From an uncultured Chthonomonadaceae bacterium (GTDB lineage: Bacteria; Armatimonadota; Chthonomonadetes; Chthonomonadales; Chthonomonadaceae), in contig CAWFQB010000006.1 in the NCBI GenBank assembly GCA_963817895.1, forward strand, positions 352,001-416,000: DNA of 64,000 bases, read 5' to 3'. Below are positions 11,463 through 22,964 of this stretch, piece after piece; the first letter of the stretch is position 1, and each line of letters begins with the position of its first letter. The notes beneath the pieces were generated by a model. That model was not told where the DNA came from. It did not search any database and was given only the letters and a program-made list of their open reading frames with translations. The translations under genes were made by a program, and so were the position numbers.

Positions 11463-11520
11463 CCGGATGTAATCGTCTGTGCGTCTTCGTTTCAGAGGCG
11501 CACAGAAAGACTTCTTCACT

Positions 11521-13741
11521 ATGCAAACCAACAAAAACTCTGTAGCGTTCGCTTTACTTCTTGCGGGAATGGCTGTTTCCTGTCTGTGTCAGGCGCAGTT
11601 GCCGCGTATCAACACCTTTTTTCCGATTGGCGGGAAGGCGGGGGAAACGGTTGATGTCGAGATACGCGGGTCGAGTTTGACGGGCGCGGACAAGCTGATT
11701 GTGCAGGGCGCGGGCGTGACCGGGACTATCAATCCGGGTGGCGTGAAAGCGGATGACACGTTCAAGCCGATCTTTCAAAGCAAATGCGCCTCATGCCATG
11801 AATTGCGTTCGCCGTCCAACCGCAGCATGACGCCCGCGCAGTGGGCCGCAACCGTTGATCGCATGGTGAAAGTGCGTCAGGCCCCGCTTTCCGCCGATGA
11901 AACGACAAAAGTGACGCAGTATCTAACGGCTTTGGCGCGGGCGGGTAAAATTACGGCGCAGATCAAAATCGCGCCCGATACTCTGCCCGGATTGTGCGAA
12001 CTTCGGGTTGCCACGCCCAAAGGGGTTTCCACAGTCGGCCTGTTTGAAGTGGGACGGCTGCCGGAACTGCTGGCGGTCAACAACACGATGCAGCAGCCAC
12101 TCGCGGTGACTCTGCCCTGCGTGGTCAACGGCAACATGGCGGCGAACGGCGAACGGCACTATCTCAAATTCGCGGCACAAAAGGGTAAGCGTTATGTTTT
12201 CAACCTGAAGGCGTACCGCTACAACGAACTGTCGCAGGAGTTTTTCAATCCCAATCTGCGCCTGTACGACGCGCAGGGCAAACAGCTTGTGGAAAATCAC
12301 GGCTATTACGATCTCGACCCGCTGATTGATTGGACCTGCCCGGAAAACGGCGATTACACTCTGGAAGCGCGCGATCTATTGGGTAAAGGCAATCCGGGCA
12401 GCGTGTACCGGCTGGCAATGGGCAATGTGCCGTATGATACAGCGATTAATCCGCCCGCTGCAACCGTAAACGCGCATATCAACGCAAACGTAATCGGCAG
12501 GAATATCGAAGGCGCGAAGACCGTTTTCGCAATGGATACGCCGCCCCGCGCAGGCATTATCACGGTGAGCAGCCCGCTTGGGCCGGCCCCTATGTATGTG
12601 TCCGCGTACCCGGTGGTTCGCGCCGACAGCAAGCCGAGCGCGAATACCACGCTGCCCGCCGCGTTCACCGGACGACTGACCAATGACGGCGACGCGCAGC
12701 AGTTTTATGTGCAGGGGAAAGGCCGCTTCGAGTTTAGCGTGTATTCCACCCGACTCGGCTCTCCCTCTCGCGTCCGTGTGACCCTGCTGAATGAGAAAAA
12801 AGGCGTGGTTGCGAACATGGGCGGCGTGGGGCGCAACGACGGGCTGAGACGTTTGGAAGTGGATGGCCGAACTCGTGGCCGATCTGCAAGCCGACAAAGT
12901 GTACACGCTCAAAGTGGAAGCGCCCAAAGAGAAGATGCAAGACCCGGAGGATGACAGTTCGGGAACCAGTTATGTGTATTGCGTGGAAGCCAAACCGTCC
13001 GCCGCCGTTTTGGAGTGCGTTATGCGTCCGGCAAGCGTAACCCTTCGCCCCGGCATGTCCACGCCCGTTGAAGTGACGCTTGCGCGGCGCGAGGGAACGA
13101 CCGGCGACATTACCGTGACGGCGACAAACCTGCCTCCCGGCGTCACCGCGTCCCCCGCCATTATTCAGCCGGACCGTCAGCGCGCGTATGTGATTTTGAC
13201 AGCAGACGCGGGCGCGATGCCTGCCGAGCAGCCGATTGAACTGACGGCAAGCGGGCAGGGGCCGAACGGCGAAGTGACAACCCGCGCCGTGCCGCAGGAA
13301 GAGTACCGAATTCAGAACAATCCGCGCTATCTCACGCGCTCCGAGTGTCTCGTCGTCGTGCGCGGGCAGCCGGAATTCAGCGTCACGATTGAGGATAACG
13401 GCCCGATCAAAGCGCATCCGCGTAAAAGCGTGGACGTGAAAGTGAAGATACAGCGCAAGGGCAATTTCAAGGGCAATGTGACAATTCAGATCGAGAACCT
13501 GCCCTCCGGCTGGGTTGCCAATCAGGAAACCGCAGGTCCGAACCAGACGGAAGTAATCATGCGGGTACGCCCGGACGGCAACAATCCCCTTCCGTTTCTA
13601 CAGCGTGATCCGAAGTGGACGACGATTAACGCGCTTATTATTGCCACTGTGGACGAGTATTCTTTTGTTATGGCGACCCGCCCTGTACAAAAGTCGGAAA
13701 CGGCGGAAGCGGACTTGAAGAAAGAACAACAGCAGAACTGA
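11521..13741 (+). CDS. Exported PPC-domain (pre-peptidase C-terminal repeat) protein with inserted c-type heme motif; frameshift near 12850
   Basis: PRINTFFPIGGKAGETVDVEIRG start, CASCH, LPCVVNG, DPLIDW...GDYTLEARD...YRL, NLPPGVTA; two overlapping ORFs. Confidence 0.8.
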
Positions 13742-13912
13742 ACAGTTGATAGTTGATGGGAATACAGTTTTTCGCAGCCAGCCGGAACTTTCGACTGGCT
13801 GTTTTTAGTTGTATCTGGAAATCATAGAGGAGTCGGAAACGCGGATAGCGAACTGTCACAACAATGAATGTACGAGACGCGTTGCGCGTGTTTGCGCGTG
13901 AAGGAGGGCGTT

Positions 13913-14701
13913 GTGAAGCAAAATCTAGGAAGGATTGGCGTGGTTATCGCGTTGTCTTGTGGGTTGGCAACCGCGCATGGGTTGGGAAAGCAGGAGGCGC
14001 AGGTTCCGGTGGGCGAGGGGACTCTGATATTGCCCCCTGCCGTCCATGATGTCGCCGTGCTGTTTTCCGGCAAGCCCGAAGAGATTGCTGCCAACTGGAT
14101 ACAGGACAAACAGCCCGGACACTGGAAGGTGGAAGACGGGGCAATGGTCGCGAGTGGCAGCACTCTGAGTACCAAAGCGACATTTACGGATTTCCAACTG
14201 CACATTGAGTTCAAAGTGCCGAACAAGCCGAACGCGAAGGGGCAGGCGAAGGGCAACAGCGGCGTGTTTTTGCAGGGACGCTACGAGGTGCAGGTGCTGG
14301 ACTCGTATGGCATTGCCGATCCCGGCACGGGCAATTGCGGCGCGATTTATACCATCGCTTCGCCCCTCGTCAACGCCTGCAAGCCGCCCGAAACATGGCA
14401 GACGTATGACATTACGTTTCGCGCCCCCCGCTTCGATACGGCAACCCATGACATGAAAGAACCGGCCCGCGCTACCGTGCTGCTGAACGGCATTACGGTG
14501 CAGAACGCGACCGAAATCACGCGCAAAACACATCGAGAAGCCGCGAAAAAGGGCGCGAACGGCGAACTGATACCACCCAAACCCGACACGGAAGACCTGA
14601 GTACGCCCGGTCCCATCTCCTTGCAGTACCATCAAAATGCCGTCGCGTACCGCAATATCTGGATTCGCCCCCTCAAAGACAAAGGCGCAACGCACTATTG
14701 A
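13913..14701 (+). CDS. DUF1080 (3-keto-disaccharide hydrolase-like) exported protein
   Basis: FTDFQLHIEF, GNSGVFLQGRYEVQVLDS, WQTYDITF, GPISLQYH...YRNIWI; GTG after aaggagg. Confidence 0.92.
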   Translation: MKQNLGRIGVVIALSCGLATAHGLGKQEAQVPVGEGTLILPPAVHDVAVLFSGKPEEIAANWIQDKQPGHWKVEDGAMVASGSTLSTKATFTDFQLHIEFKVPNKPNAKGQAKGNSGVFLQGRYEVQVLDSYGIADPGTGNCGAIYTIASPLVNACKPPETWQTYDITFRAPRFDTATHDMKEPARATVLLNGITVQNATEITRKTHREAAKKGANGELIPPKPDTEDLSTPGPISLQYHQNAVAYRNIWIRPLKDKGATHY

Positions 14702-14901
14702 TACTTTAATGACCGATGTGCAGGAACAAGCCGTCACTATTGCCGTTCGCGCAATTAAATCTGTATGAGCCTTGTAATTGCCAACGGGATTTGCTATAAT
14801 TGCCGCAGAATGGTATGGCGCAATCCTCCCCTGCGCCCCGCCGAATGTTCTCCTTTCGGACGCCTCCCCGTCGTCTGCTTTCTGTTTTGGAGGTCTGACT
14901 C

Positions 14902-16482
14902 ATGGTTCTCAAACGCCTTTCACTTCTGACGCCGTTCGCGCTTGCTTCTCTGTCGTTATGGGGATGCGGCGGCGGCTCATCCTCATCCACCGGCGCGAGC
15001 GGCACATCCCTGACACGCGCCAATACACAACTCAATCAAATCACGTCAGGACAGCAGCCGACCAACGACACGACGCTGAATTCTACCCTTGCTCTGTTTA
15101 CGTCCGCCCTGAAACAAGACCCCACTAATCCCGGCGCGCTGTTCGGGCAGGCGGTGTGTCAAACCGGGATCACTGCCGGAACCTTGACGGATCGACCTAC
15201 CATTCAGGTGGGAGTCGTTGTACCGACGCCCGTCAGCGCTGATGCAAACGGCACGGCGGATTCGACCGGGCAATCGCTGCCGCCCGCGCCGCCGAACGGG
15301 GCTTCCGGTGCGCGGCCTGTACCACCCTCCTCACAGCTTGGCCTGCTGTGGCATCTGCAAGATGGCGTCAGCAATCCCTACACGCTTTTGACTGCGCTTG
15401 CGCCTATAGCCAATCTGCGCTACGGCCTGATTCCCTTCAACGGCTACGCGGGGGATGATGTGGCAACCCGGCAGCAGGAGTTAGCGACACTGGATACGGT
15501 TGCGCAGAAGTTGCAGACGCTCGAAAGTAATCCCAATTTCGCCACTACACTGACCCTGCCCGCTTCGCAGGGCGGCGTTGTGAACATTGGCCTGCCGGAA
15601 GTGTATCTATTCGAGGCGTATGTACAATCGCTGCGCGTTCAACTCTCGCTTTCCCTCGCATACAATCGCGACCCCGGCGTGAACAATCCCCTTCCCGGCC
15701 CGCCTCTGGCAGCAAACAGCGCGCAAAATGTGATTACCGTTGCAGGCGCCGGCGCAACCGGAACGATTGGAAGCCTTCCCTATGGGCCGCAACCGATTGG
15801 AAGTTCCTTTGCCGGCTTGGACAAAAACGGCGATGGCAAAATATCCCCGGATGAGTATCTGCCGGCAAGCCCCTATCTTACTCTGCGAGATGCGAGTTTG
15901 CTCCAGAAAGCGCAACAGGCGCTGCAAGCGGTTGCAGATCGGGAAACAAAGGGGATTCAGGGCGTGTTTGCCCGTCCCGCCGATGGCAGCGGCAGATTCC
16001 TGATTCCCAACAACAGCAACATTCATACCACCCTGGACAACGCGCTGAACAATGTCGTGCCACTGGTGCAGCAGGCGGCAAATGGCCCCGTAACGCTCTC
16101 CGTTCCCGATTATGCGCCGCCGGTGGGCGGCTATCTTCTCGGCAACGCTGGTGTCATTCCCGGCAATAATCCCGGTTCGCCTGGCAAAAGCGCCGCCAAA
16201 ACCGGCAGCGCGAAGACGCGGCGCGTGTTTCTGCTTGGCAGTGTGAGCATCGGTTCCGATGGCACGCTCGGTACGCCTGTTGCGCCTCCGCAGCCTACAT
16301 TCGTGAGCGTGACCTTCAATCTGGCCGCGTGGTTCGCCAATCCGCCTGCCGATTTGAAGGCGTTCGCCCCAACGTATACGCTCGACAGCAACAAAGTGCC
16401 CGATTTAAGCAAGACCACGTATCCTGACCCCACTTTTGGCGGGCTGTTTCCCAACGGTCTGCCCGCCACCCTGATGCTGTAA
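14902..16482 (+). CDS. Lipoprotein with EF-hand-like Ca-binding loop
   Basis: Lipobox LWGC followed by GGG; DKNGDGKISPDE loop. Confidence 0.8.
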   Translation: MVLKRLSLLTPFALASLSLWGCGGGSSSSTGASGTSLTRANTQLNQITSGQQPTNDTTLNSTLALFTSALKQDPTNPGALFGQAVCQTGITAGTLTDRPTIQVGVVVPTPVSADANGTADSTGQSLPPAPPNGASGARPVPPSSQLGLLWHLQDGVSNPYTLLTALAPIANLRYGLIPFNGYAGDDVATRQQELATLDTVAQKLQTLESNPNFATTLTLPASQGGVVNIGLPEVYLFEAYVQSLRVQLSLSLAYNRDPGVNNPLPGPPLAANSAQNVITVAGAGATGTIGSLPYGPQPIGSSFAGLDKNGDGKISPDEYLPASPYLTLRDASLLQKAQQALQAVADRETKGIQGVFARPADGSGRFLIPNNSNIHTTLDNALNNVVPLVQQAANGPVTLSVPDYAPPVGGYLLGNAGVIPGNNPGSPGKSAAKTGSAKTRRVFLLGSVSIGSDGTLGTPVAPPQPTFVSVTFNLAAWFANPPADLKAFAPTYTLDSNKVPDLSKTTYPDPTFGGLFPNGLPATLML

Positions 16483-16652
16483 ACAGGCTGCGCCATAACG
16501 GATACGCGCAGAAATAATAGGCTAAAATCGGGCCGCGCTTGTAACATCGCCTTCTGCGCGTTACGAGCGCGGCTCGATTTAGCGTATGGACAACCCATTT
16601 CGATACAGTGGGAAACCATGCGGGCAAAACAGGAAAAGGCGGAGCAACGACA

Positions 16653-19600
16653 ATGGCGTTTATCATACGGGATTTCGATTGGGAGGATGAGGAGCAGGCG
16701 GCGAAAGCGGCGACGATGTTCAACGATTGGGACAGCGTCTGGCCGGGAGGGTTTACGCGGGGCGTGCCTTCTACCGCCGCTAAAGTGCAGGAGGAGCATC
16801 GCCGCGCTTCCCATCTGGCCGTGCTTGTCGTGGAGCATGAGGGCGAGTTTGTCGGCTACTGCAATCTGGAAGCCGCGCCGGGGCAGAAAGACGTTTCGTA
16901 TATCGGCTTGCTCGGCGCGAACGAAAAGGTACATGGCAAGGGCGTCGGCAAGATGCTGCTGCGCGAGATGATACGCCGCGTCACCGAATTTGGTTATAAA
17001 CAGGTGACGTTGGGAACGTGGGCAGGCAATACCAAAGCGGTTCCCCTGTACAAGAAGACCGGCTTCAATTGGATTCCCGAAACCGATGTGTTCATGCGCA
17101 ACTTCATTCCCGGCCTGCTGGCTATGCCGCTTGTGCAAACGTTTTTGGATGGCAGGGATTGGTACGACTGTCTGGAGCGCGACTTGACCGTTGCGCCGGA
17201 TGATGTGACATGGAACGGCATGAAGGTGTACCCCTATCGGTTCCGCAACGGCGAACGCACTCCTGGAACTCTGGTTCGACCGGGCAGGGGAGGGATTGAC
17301 CGCGCTGGAAACGCCCGAAGTCGCGCTGGCCTGCCTGTTCCCGTTCGAGGACGCGCCGGGAGGACAGGCGTATCCGGTTATATGGGAAGCAAGAGCCAAA
17401 AACGGCGCGAGTTTGGACGCTGTATTGATGGCCGAGGGGGAAACCGGACTGGCATTGAGCGTTCAGGAGCGATTCAGCGGGACGGATACAATGCGAATTG
17501 AACGCGAACTTGCGCTCGGACAGCAGCCTTGCGCCGAAAAAGGGCGACGTGTCCACATACGCCATTAAAACGACGTTTCTGCTGCATGGACAGCCGCTTG
17601 TTTTTTCCACGGGCGTTCATGTGGTTCGGCCTGTGGAGATTGGCTATACGGGACAGCGGCTGTTGCCCGGACGCGAGGAGCAGATACGAGTCAGTCTGCG
17701 CAACCGGCTGGATCGCGATCTGGAAGGAACGCTGACGCTTGCGGCGCATCCCGATTTGCAATGCGCCGCGCCCTCGCAGCCGCTGCTTCTGCCCGCGAAA
17801 TCGTGGACGGAGTGTGTTTTTGCCGTCACCGCCAACACGCCGGGAGTGAAACAAACGCGCCTGATTTGCGAGGCGGAAGAGGTTCGACTGGAACATCCGC
17901 TCACATTCCGCGCCCTGCCTGACAATGGCGTGCTTGGCAGCGTGGATGCGCCCAACGAATACGCGGTACTGGAATCGCGGGAACTGCACATTGGCGTAAA
18001 TATGCGCGGCGGGGGCATGAGCGTCAGCCACGCGCCTAATATGCAAGGATTGCTGCACCTGTCTATGCCCACTGTGGGGCCGCCATTTACGCATGGCTGG
18101 CTGCGCAAGCGACTGGTGGAGTGTCGCGTGGAAAGCGCATCGGGCGGCGACAGCCTGATTGTGACGGAAGCCGTTCAATCCCTGCCGAATTTACAGGTGG
18201 AGCGGCGCATTACATTGTTGGGCAATGTGGCCCGTCTGGATTGCATCGTGAGGAATAGCGGCAGTGTTGCCGTTCCGGTCAAAGTTCGTATCCGTTCCTC
18301 ATCATGGTTAAAAGAATTCATCACGGCTCCGCTGGTATCGGGGCTGATACGCGAACCCATGCAAACCCTGAGCGAGTACCCGATGGACGAACACGACATA
18401 CTGGCGCAGGGAGCAACCCTTGCCGAAAACTGGATCGCGTGTGAAGGGGAAGGCATGGTATCGGGGCTTGTCTTCGAGGGCAGTCCTGAACAGGATATGG
18501 AGTGGACGGAACTGGTTCAGCCCACGTACGATCTGGGCGAAATTCCTCGCGTATGGCGATGAAGACCCTGCCCACGATGTATGCGGTTGGAGGCGCGGGA
18601 ACATGGAAAACCGTGCGCGATGCGTGGAAAATGCTGGTGCAGCCGTCCGGCGTGATAGAAACGGAAGCGCCACAACCCGAACGTGTCTTGCAGGTGAAAA
18701 TTACGCCTGATTTGCTCACGGAAATAGAGCAAACAGTGAATGTAACCGTGACCAACAATCGCGAAGCCGGTTTGAGCGGAACCTTGCGATTGACGGGTAC
18801 GGTTCATTGCGAACCTGAAGAAATCGCGCTGAACGATGTAAACCGGGATCGGCCTATGGTGGCTTCCGTTAAAGTTGGTTTGTCGAACATACCGGGGGCG
18901 CGGCTGATAACGGCGCAGATTGACGCGGTTCCCGTGCCGCAAACGCGCGTGATTGGCGTGGCGAACCTGGGACGGGGCAGTCTGGTTCGCGTGTCGCAGC
19001 CGGATGCCGCGCATATTGACGTACATAACGGGCATCTGAGTTTTCGGGTCGCGCCCGCGTATGCGGGCGCAATAGTCAGCCTGGAACGGTTGGGCGTCAA
19101 CCATTTACGCTCGTCTTACCCCACTCCCCAACCCCTCCTGTGGGTGAATCCCTGGTATGGCGGCCTGCATCCGTATATCGGCTGGATAGGCTACCCGCGT
19201 TTGACGCGTGAAACATTCACGGGCGAACCCATAGCGCGAACGGGAGAAACGGGACTGGCGTGGCAGGGAGCGCGAGTGGTCTGCGAACCCAAACACAAAG
19301 ACCTGACATGGCTGCGCGTGGAAGCCGAGTACCTGACATGCGGCGGCAGCAATGTGGTCGCCCTTGTCACGCGCTGGACAAACAAGACCACTGCAACGAT
19401 GCAGGTTCCGGGTAACGGCGGCATCGGGGCGTGGCTGCAAGTGGGCGGCACACATGAAAACGCCGTCGTACACGCGGACATCAGCGGCGAACGGCAGATA
19501 CGGCGGCGCGGCGGCTTCGGCTTGAATACCTATCAGGGCGCGTGGAAAGCGGTGGAAAACGGCCAATCCGGGCAAACGCTTCTCATGGTAACGACCGGGA

Positions 19601-19779
19601 ACAGCAAAGCGGCAGTACACGATTTCGCAGGCGAGGGGGCGCACCTGAGCGCGGAATTCGCCCTGACCCTACAGCCCAACGAAACGCGGGAGCATCTGGC
19701 ATGGCTCGTCCTGATGCAGAATACATACGAATTGGATGCGTATGTTGCCGCCTTATCTCTGCACAAGAGGCTGCCGTAG
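16653..19779 (+). CDS. Large multidomain GNAT N-acetyltransferase (about 1000 aa), frameshifted
   Basis: HGKGVGKMLL...TWAGNTKAVPLYKKTGF acetyl-CoA motifs; overlapping co-oriented ORFs to 19779 with no intervening RBS seen. Confidence 0.75.
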
Positions 19780-19837
19780 GGTGTTGGCGCTGTTTATTCC
19801 TTAACGGAACCCCCTGTCCTCGCTTCAAAACATCACA

Positions 19838-20027
19838 GTAGGGGCGCTGCTTGCTGCGCCCTCTATCACTCTTCCGTTGCGCTTTGCTGCGCCCTCTATC
19901 ACTCTTCCGTTGCGGTTTGCTGCACCGTGTGACATTCTACTGTTGCTGCTTGCTGCGCCCTCTATCACTCTTCCGTTGCGGCTTGTTACGCTCGTTGGCA
20001 GCAGGGCGCAGCAAGCAGCGCCCCTAC
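19838..20027. repeat. GTAG-type REP doublet with internal triplicated unit
   Basis: gtaggggcgctgcttgctgcgccct ... agggcgcagcaagcagcgcccctac; ctgcgccctctatcactcttccgttgcg three times. Confidence 0.85.
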
Positions 20028-20032
20028 TCTGA

Positions 20033-20692
20033 TTACGTGACTTCGACGATGCCAAGCGGTATCATCGTTGTCATTTGCCCGGTGTTGCTGTTGACGAAGC
20101 GGCAGGCGCAGGCGTACCAGCCGGGGGCAGTGGGCAGGGCATGGGTGAGGAGAGTGGACGTGAACGCGACGAACGCGGCGGATTTATAAAAAGGGACGGG
20201 CGAACGGCGGGGCGTTTTTAGTTTCTGGACGAGCAGTTCTACGCGGGTATCAGGCGAATTGGCCGCGCTTGCCGTAAAGAGGAGTTGGCCGGTTTCGCCG
20301 GTTAAAATGAGGGTTACGAGATCGCCAAAGTAGGGGGATATGGGCGGCGCGGGGGGTACGGTTCCGGTCGGATTGATCTGTAAGAACTTGGACGCGAGGC
20401 CGACAAAGACGTTCTGCCCGGTGGGATGATAGGGCGCGTTGTCCGGGTCCCCGGAGCGCGTGAGCGTACTGGCATAGGCGTTCCACTGCATCGCCTGTTC
20501 GCGTGTCAGCGTGTTGTATGAAGCCATAACCTGCGCCATGCGGTTCTGAATCGTCTGCTGAATGGGCTGCGTGGGGCGTTTGTAGGTGGGACGCCCGCGC
20601 AGCACAAGGCCGTTCCGCCCTTCAACCGCAACCTCATTGCCAATTTTACCCCGTACCTGCGTTAGTAAGGGGCCGGGTGTCGCTTTTGCCAT
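20033..20692 (-). CDS. Basic hypothetical protein, DUF6266-like N-terminus (paralog of 29347-30009)
   Basis: RGKIGNEV...G.VLR...PT..QQ.IQNR; shares VFVGLA.KFLQINPTGTVP and RFVN..TGQ with the paralog; ggag RBS. Confidence 0.8.
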   Translation of the reverse strand: MAKATPGPLLTQVRGKIGNEVAVEGRNGLVLRGRPTYKRPTQPIQQTIQNRMAQVMASYNTLTREQAMQWNAYASTLTRSGDPDNAPYHPTGQNVFVGLASKFLQINPTGTVPPAPPISPYFGDLVTLILTGETGQLLFTASAANSPDTRVELLVQKLKTPRRSPVPFYKSAAFVAFTSTLLTHALPTAPGWYACACRFVNSNTGQMTTMIPLGIVEVT

Positions 20693-20901
20693 GTCGTAAT
20701 TCTCCGGTAAATGTCAGGCTGAAAGGCTGTGTTACGGGGAATTATGGCGAAATGCGCGGGCGACTTTAGGATTGAAAACCGGTTTCACTCCGATTAACCG
20801 CCCACTCAACGCCGTATCAACTCCCTATTAAACGTGTGTTAAACAGGGAGTTCACAGGGAAATGAATGGGTGGTGAATGGGTGTGACGGGAGGTTCGGGA
20901 T

Positions 20902-21603
20902 TTAGCGCGGGGAGCGACGACGTAGCCGCCGCGTCAGGAAACCGGCTGCCGTCAGGCCGCCCGCGAACACAAGCGCCACGCTGCCGGGTTCGGGCACGGC
21001 AGCCACGTTGAGGCGCACCGTGTTGATGGCGATGTTACCGAGAGATCCGGGCGGATTGACGAGGCCGAAGGTAATGCTGGCAATGTTGGGCGTAGTGTCC
21101 AGAATGCCGATGAAGATGGCCGAACCGTCGTTGTTGTTGTTGGATACACCATTTTCCGTCACAACGCCCAGGCTGTTGCCATTCGCGTCAAAGGCTTCTA
21201 AGGAGGCCGTGAAAGCGCCTAACCTATCTTGCTGAATGTTTGCGCCCGCGCCCATAAGCGGCGCAGTAAACGTCAGGGTGATCGGGAAGTAGTTGAGCCG
21301 ATTGGTGGAAACCACATGGTCACCGGGCGTGAAGTTACCGCGAAAACCGCTGCCCTGATCCACACGGATGAATCCGGTTGAATCGGTTGTGCTGAGGGAA
21401 GCGGACAGGCCGTTGGTCGAAGTGACGGCGGCGGGGGTGGGAAAGGCTGTGCCATCGGGGCCAAGCTGTCCGAAGTCAATGGTGTCGTTGACGCCGAGGG
21501 CGGCGGGCGCGGTGACAAGAACCTGCGCGCGAACGGGCGTGGCAAGCGCGAGGGCGGCCAGGCCGAGCAGACCGGGCAGAAGCAAAGCAGAGTGGCGGTT
21601 CAT
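20902..21603 (-). CDS. PEP-CTERM sorting domain protein
   Basis: Signal peptide; C-terminal AVPEPGS + TM helix + RRLRRR. Confidence 0.92.
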   Translation of the reverse strand: MNRHSALLLPGLLGLAALALATPVRAQVLVTAPAALGVNDTIDFGQLGPDGTAFPTPAAVTSTNGLSASLSTTDSTGFIRVDQGSGFRGNFTPGDHVVSTNRLNYFPITLTFTAPLMGAGANIQQDRLGAFTASLEAFDANGNSLGVVTENGVSNNNNDGSAIFIGILDTTPNIASITFGLVNPPGSLGNIAINTVRLNVAAVPEPGSVALVFAGGLTAAGFLTRRLRRRSPR

Positions 21604-21821
21604 AAGAGCAAACATTCCTTTCATCAGGAGAATCGCACGGGAAGGGAAACGCTCTTGCGGCGCGTTCGCCACAAGGGACGCATCGGCGCAGCCGCAGGCG
21701 TTTGGGGCGGGCGAAGGCTTCTACGTATTACTATTGCAAGAATCGTGCCAAATCATGCGAAAGGGAGGCGAACGGAGCAAAAACGCGCAAAAGCCTGTCT
21801 TTTTGCGAGGTGGGAGCCTGG

Positions 21822-22013
21822 ACCCTCATCCGTCGGGGGCCACGCTTCTCCCTTTCAGGGCGAAGGCAAGTATGGTAGTTGAGTGCGTAGATAAGGAGGT
21901 ACGGAGTGAACATAGAAAAAGCGCGCGTCATTCCAGGCTTTCATCAACGCGCCCGATGAGCAATTTAGCCTTCGCCCTTGCAGGGAGAAGGTGGCCGGAG
22001 GCCGGATGAGGGT
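21822..22013. repeat. Palindromic REP-pair element, copy 1 (left arm diverged)
   Basis: accctcatccg...ttctccc..gggcgaaggc arm and inverted gccttcgcccttgcagggagaaggtggccggaggccggatgagggt. Confidence 0.8.
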
Positions 22014-22018
22014 AGAGC

Positions 22019-22714
22019 CTACCGTTTTGCCCGCAGCAGCGTCTCAATGTCGGAACGGCGGTACCATTGCGCAAGTATGAGGGGAGTCCTGTCATACTGA
22101 TTACGCGCATACGGGTCGGCTCCATACGCCAAGAGCAGACGTACAATTTCTCTATCGGAGCCAATCCTGGCGGCGTAATGCAAGGCTGTACTTCCTTCTC
22201 TATCCGTCGGCGTTACGCTTGCGCCATGCTCCAGAAGAAAGCGCGTGGTATGCGGATGCTTGTTGAGGATGGCATAGAACAGAGCCGTATATTTGTCTTC
22301 GCTTATTGCTTCTATATCCGCGCCATGGGCAATCATCGCCTGCACGAGCGGCACATCGTCCGGGGACAGAGAAAGCGTTAGGTGCTGTGTTAGTTCCTGG
22401 AAACTCACACCTCCGCAGGCAAGTTGAAGCGCGGTAGGACTGTCATTAGCAACAGGTCGCGAGCGGCGCAGGAGTTGGCGGAACAGTTGCGGGAGAGTGG
22501 GAGGCGGCGACGCTTCCCGACGAGTGTTCGGGTCGGCTCCAGCATTGACGAGTGCGAGCGCGGCTTTGCTGTCGTGGTGGGCAAGGGCGGCAATCAGTTG
22601 CCGATTAAGCGCGTACTGCCGTTTCGCCTGCCACACCCAAACGCCGCTCGCGCCGACAACCGCCAGAACGAGTATCAACAACAGCAGTAACGAACGTCGC
22701 GCTTTCTTCATCAT
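22019..22714 (-). CDS. N-terminally membrane-anchored ankyrin repeat protein (ANK1)
   Basis: Basic residues + TM helix; TALFYA, GSTALHYAA, LLAYGADP, RTPL repeats. Confidence 0.92.
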   Translation of the reverse strand: MMKKARRSLLLLLILVLAVVGASGVWVWQAKRQYALNRQLIAALAHHDSKAALALVNAGADPNTRREASPPPTLPQLFRQLLRRSRPVANDSPTALQLACGGVSFQELTQHLTLSLSPDDVPLVQAMIAHGADIEAISEDKYTALFYAILNKHPHTTRFLLEHGASVTPTDREGSTALHYAARIGSDREIVRLLLAYGADPYARNQYDRTPLILAQWYRRSDIETLLRAKR

Positions 22715-22767
22715 CGGTTCCTCCACACGTATTGTACCCGCAGTTTCATGTGGAAACCGGGGATTGG

Positions 22768-22959
22768 ACCCTCATCCGGCCTCCGGCCACCTTCTCCCTG
22801 CAAGGGAGAAGGCGAATGTGGCAGTCTGGCGCGAGGAATAGGGGATTGCTTTGTGCGCAGCACCGCCGTACTTACAGCCCAAGTCTCCGTCCAACCGGGC
22901 ATTGAACAATTTCGCCTTCGCCCTTGCAGGGAGAAGGTGGCCGGAGGCCGGATGAGGGT
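22768..22959. repeat. 192-bp palindromic REP-pair element, copy 2
   Basis: Inverted arms accctcatccggcctccggccaccttctccctgcaaggg; differs from 23802-23993 at 4 positions by eye. Confidence 0.92.
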
Positions 22960-22964
22960 AGAGT

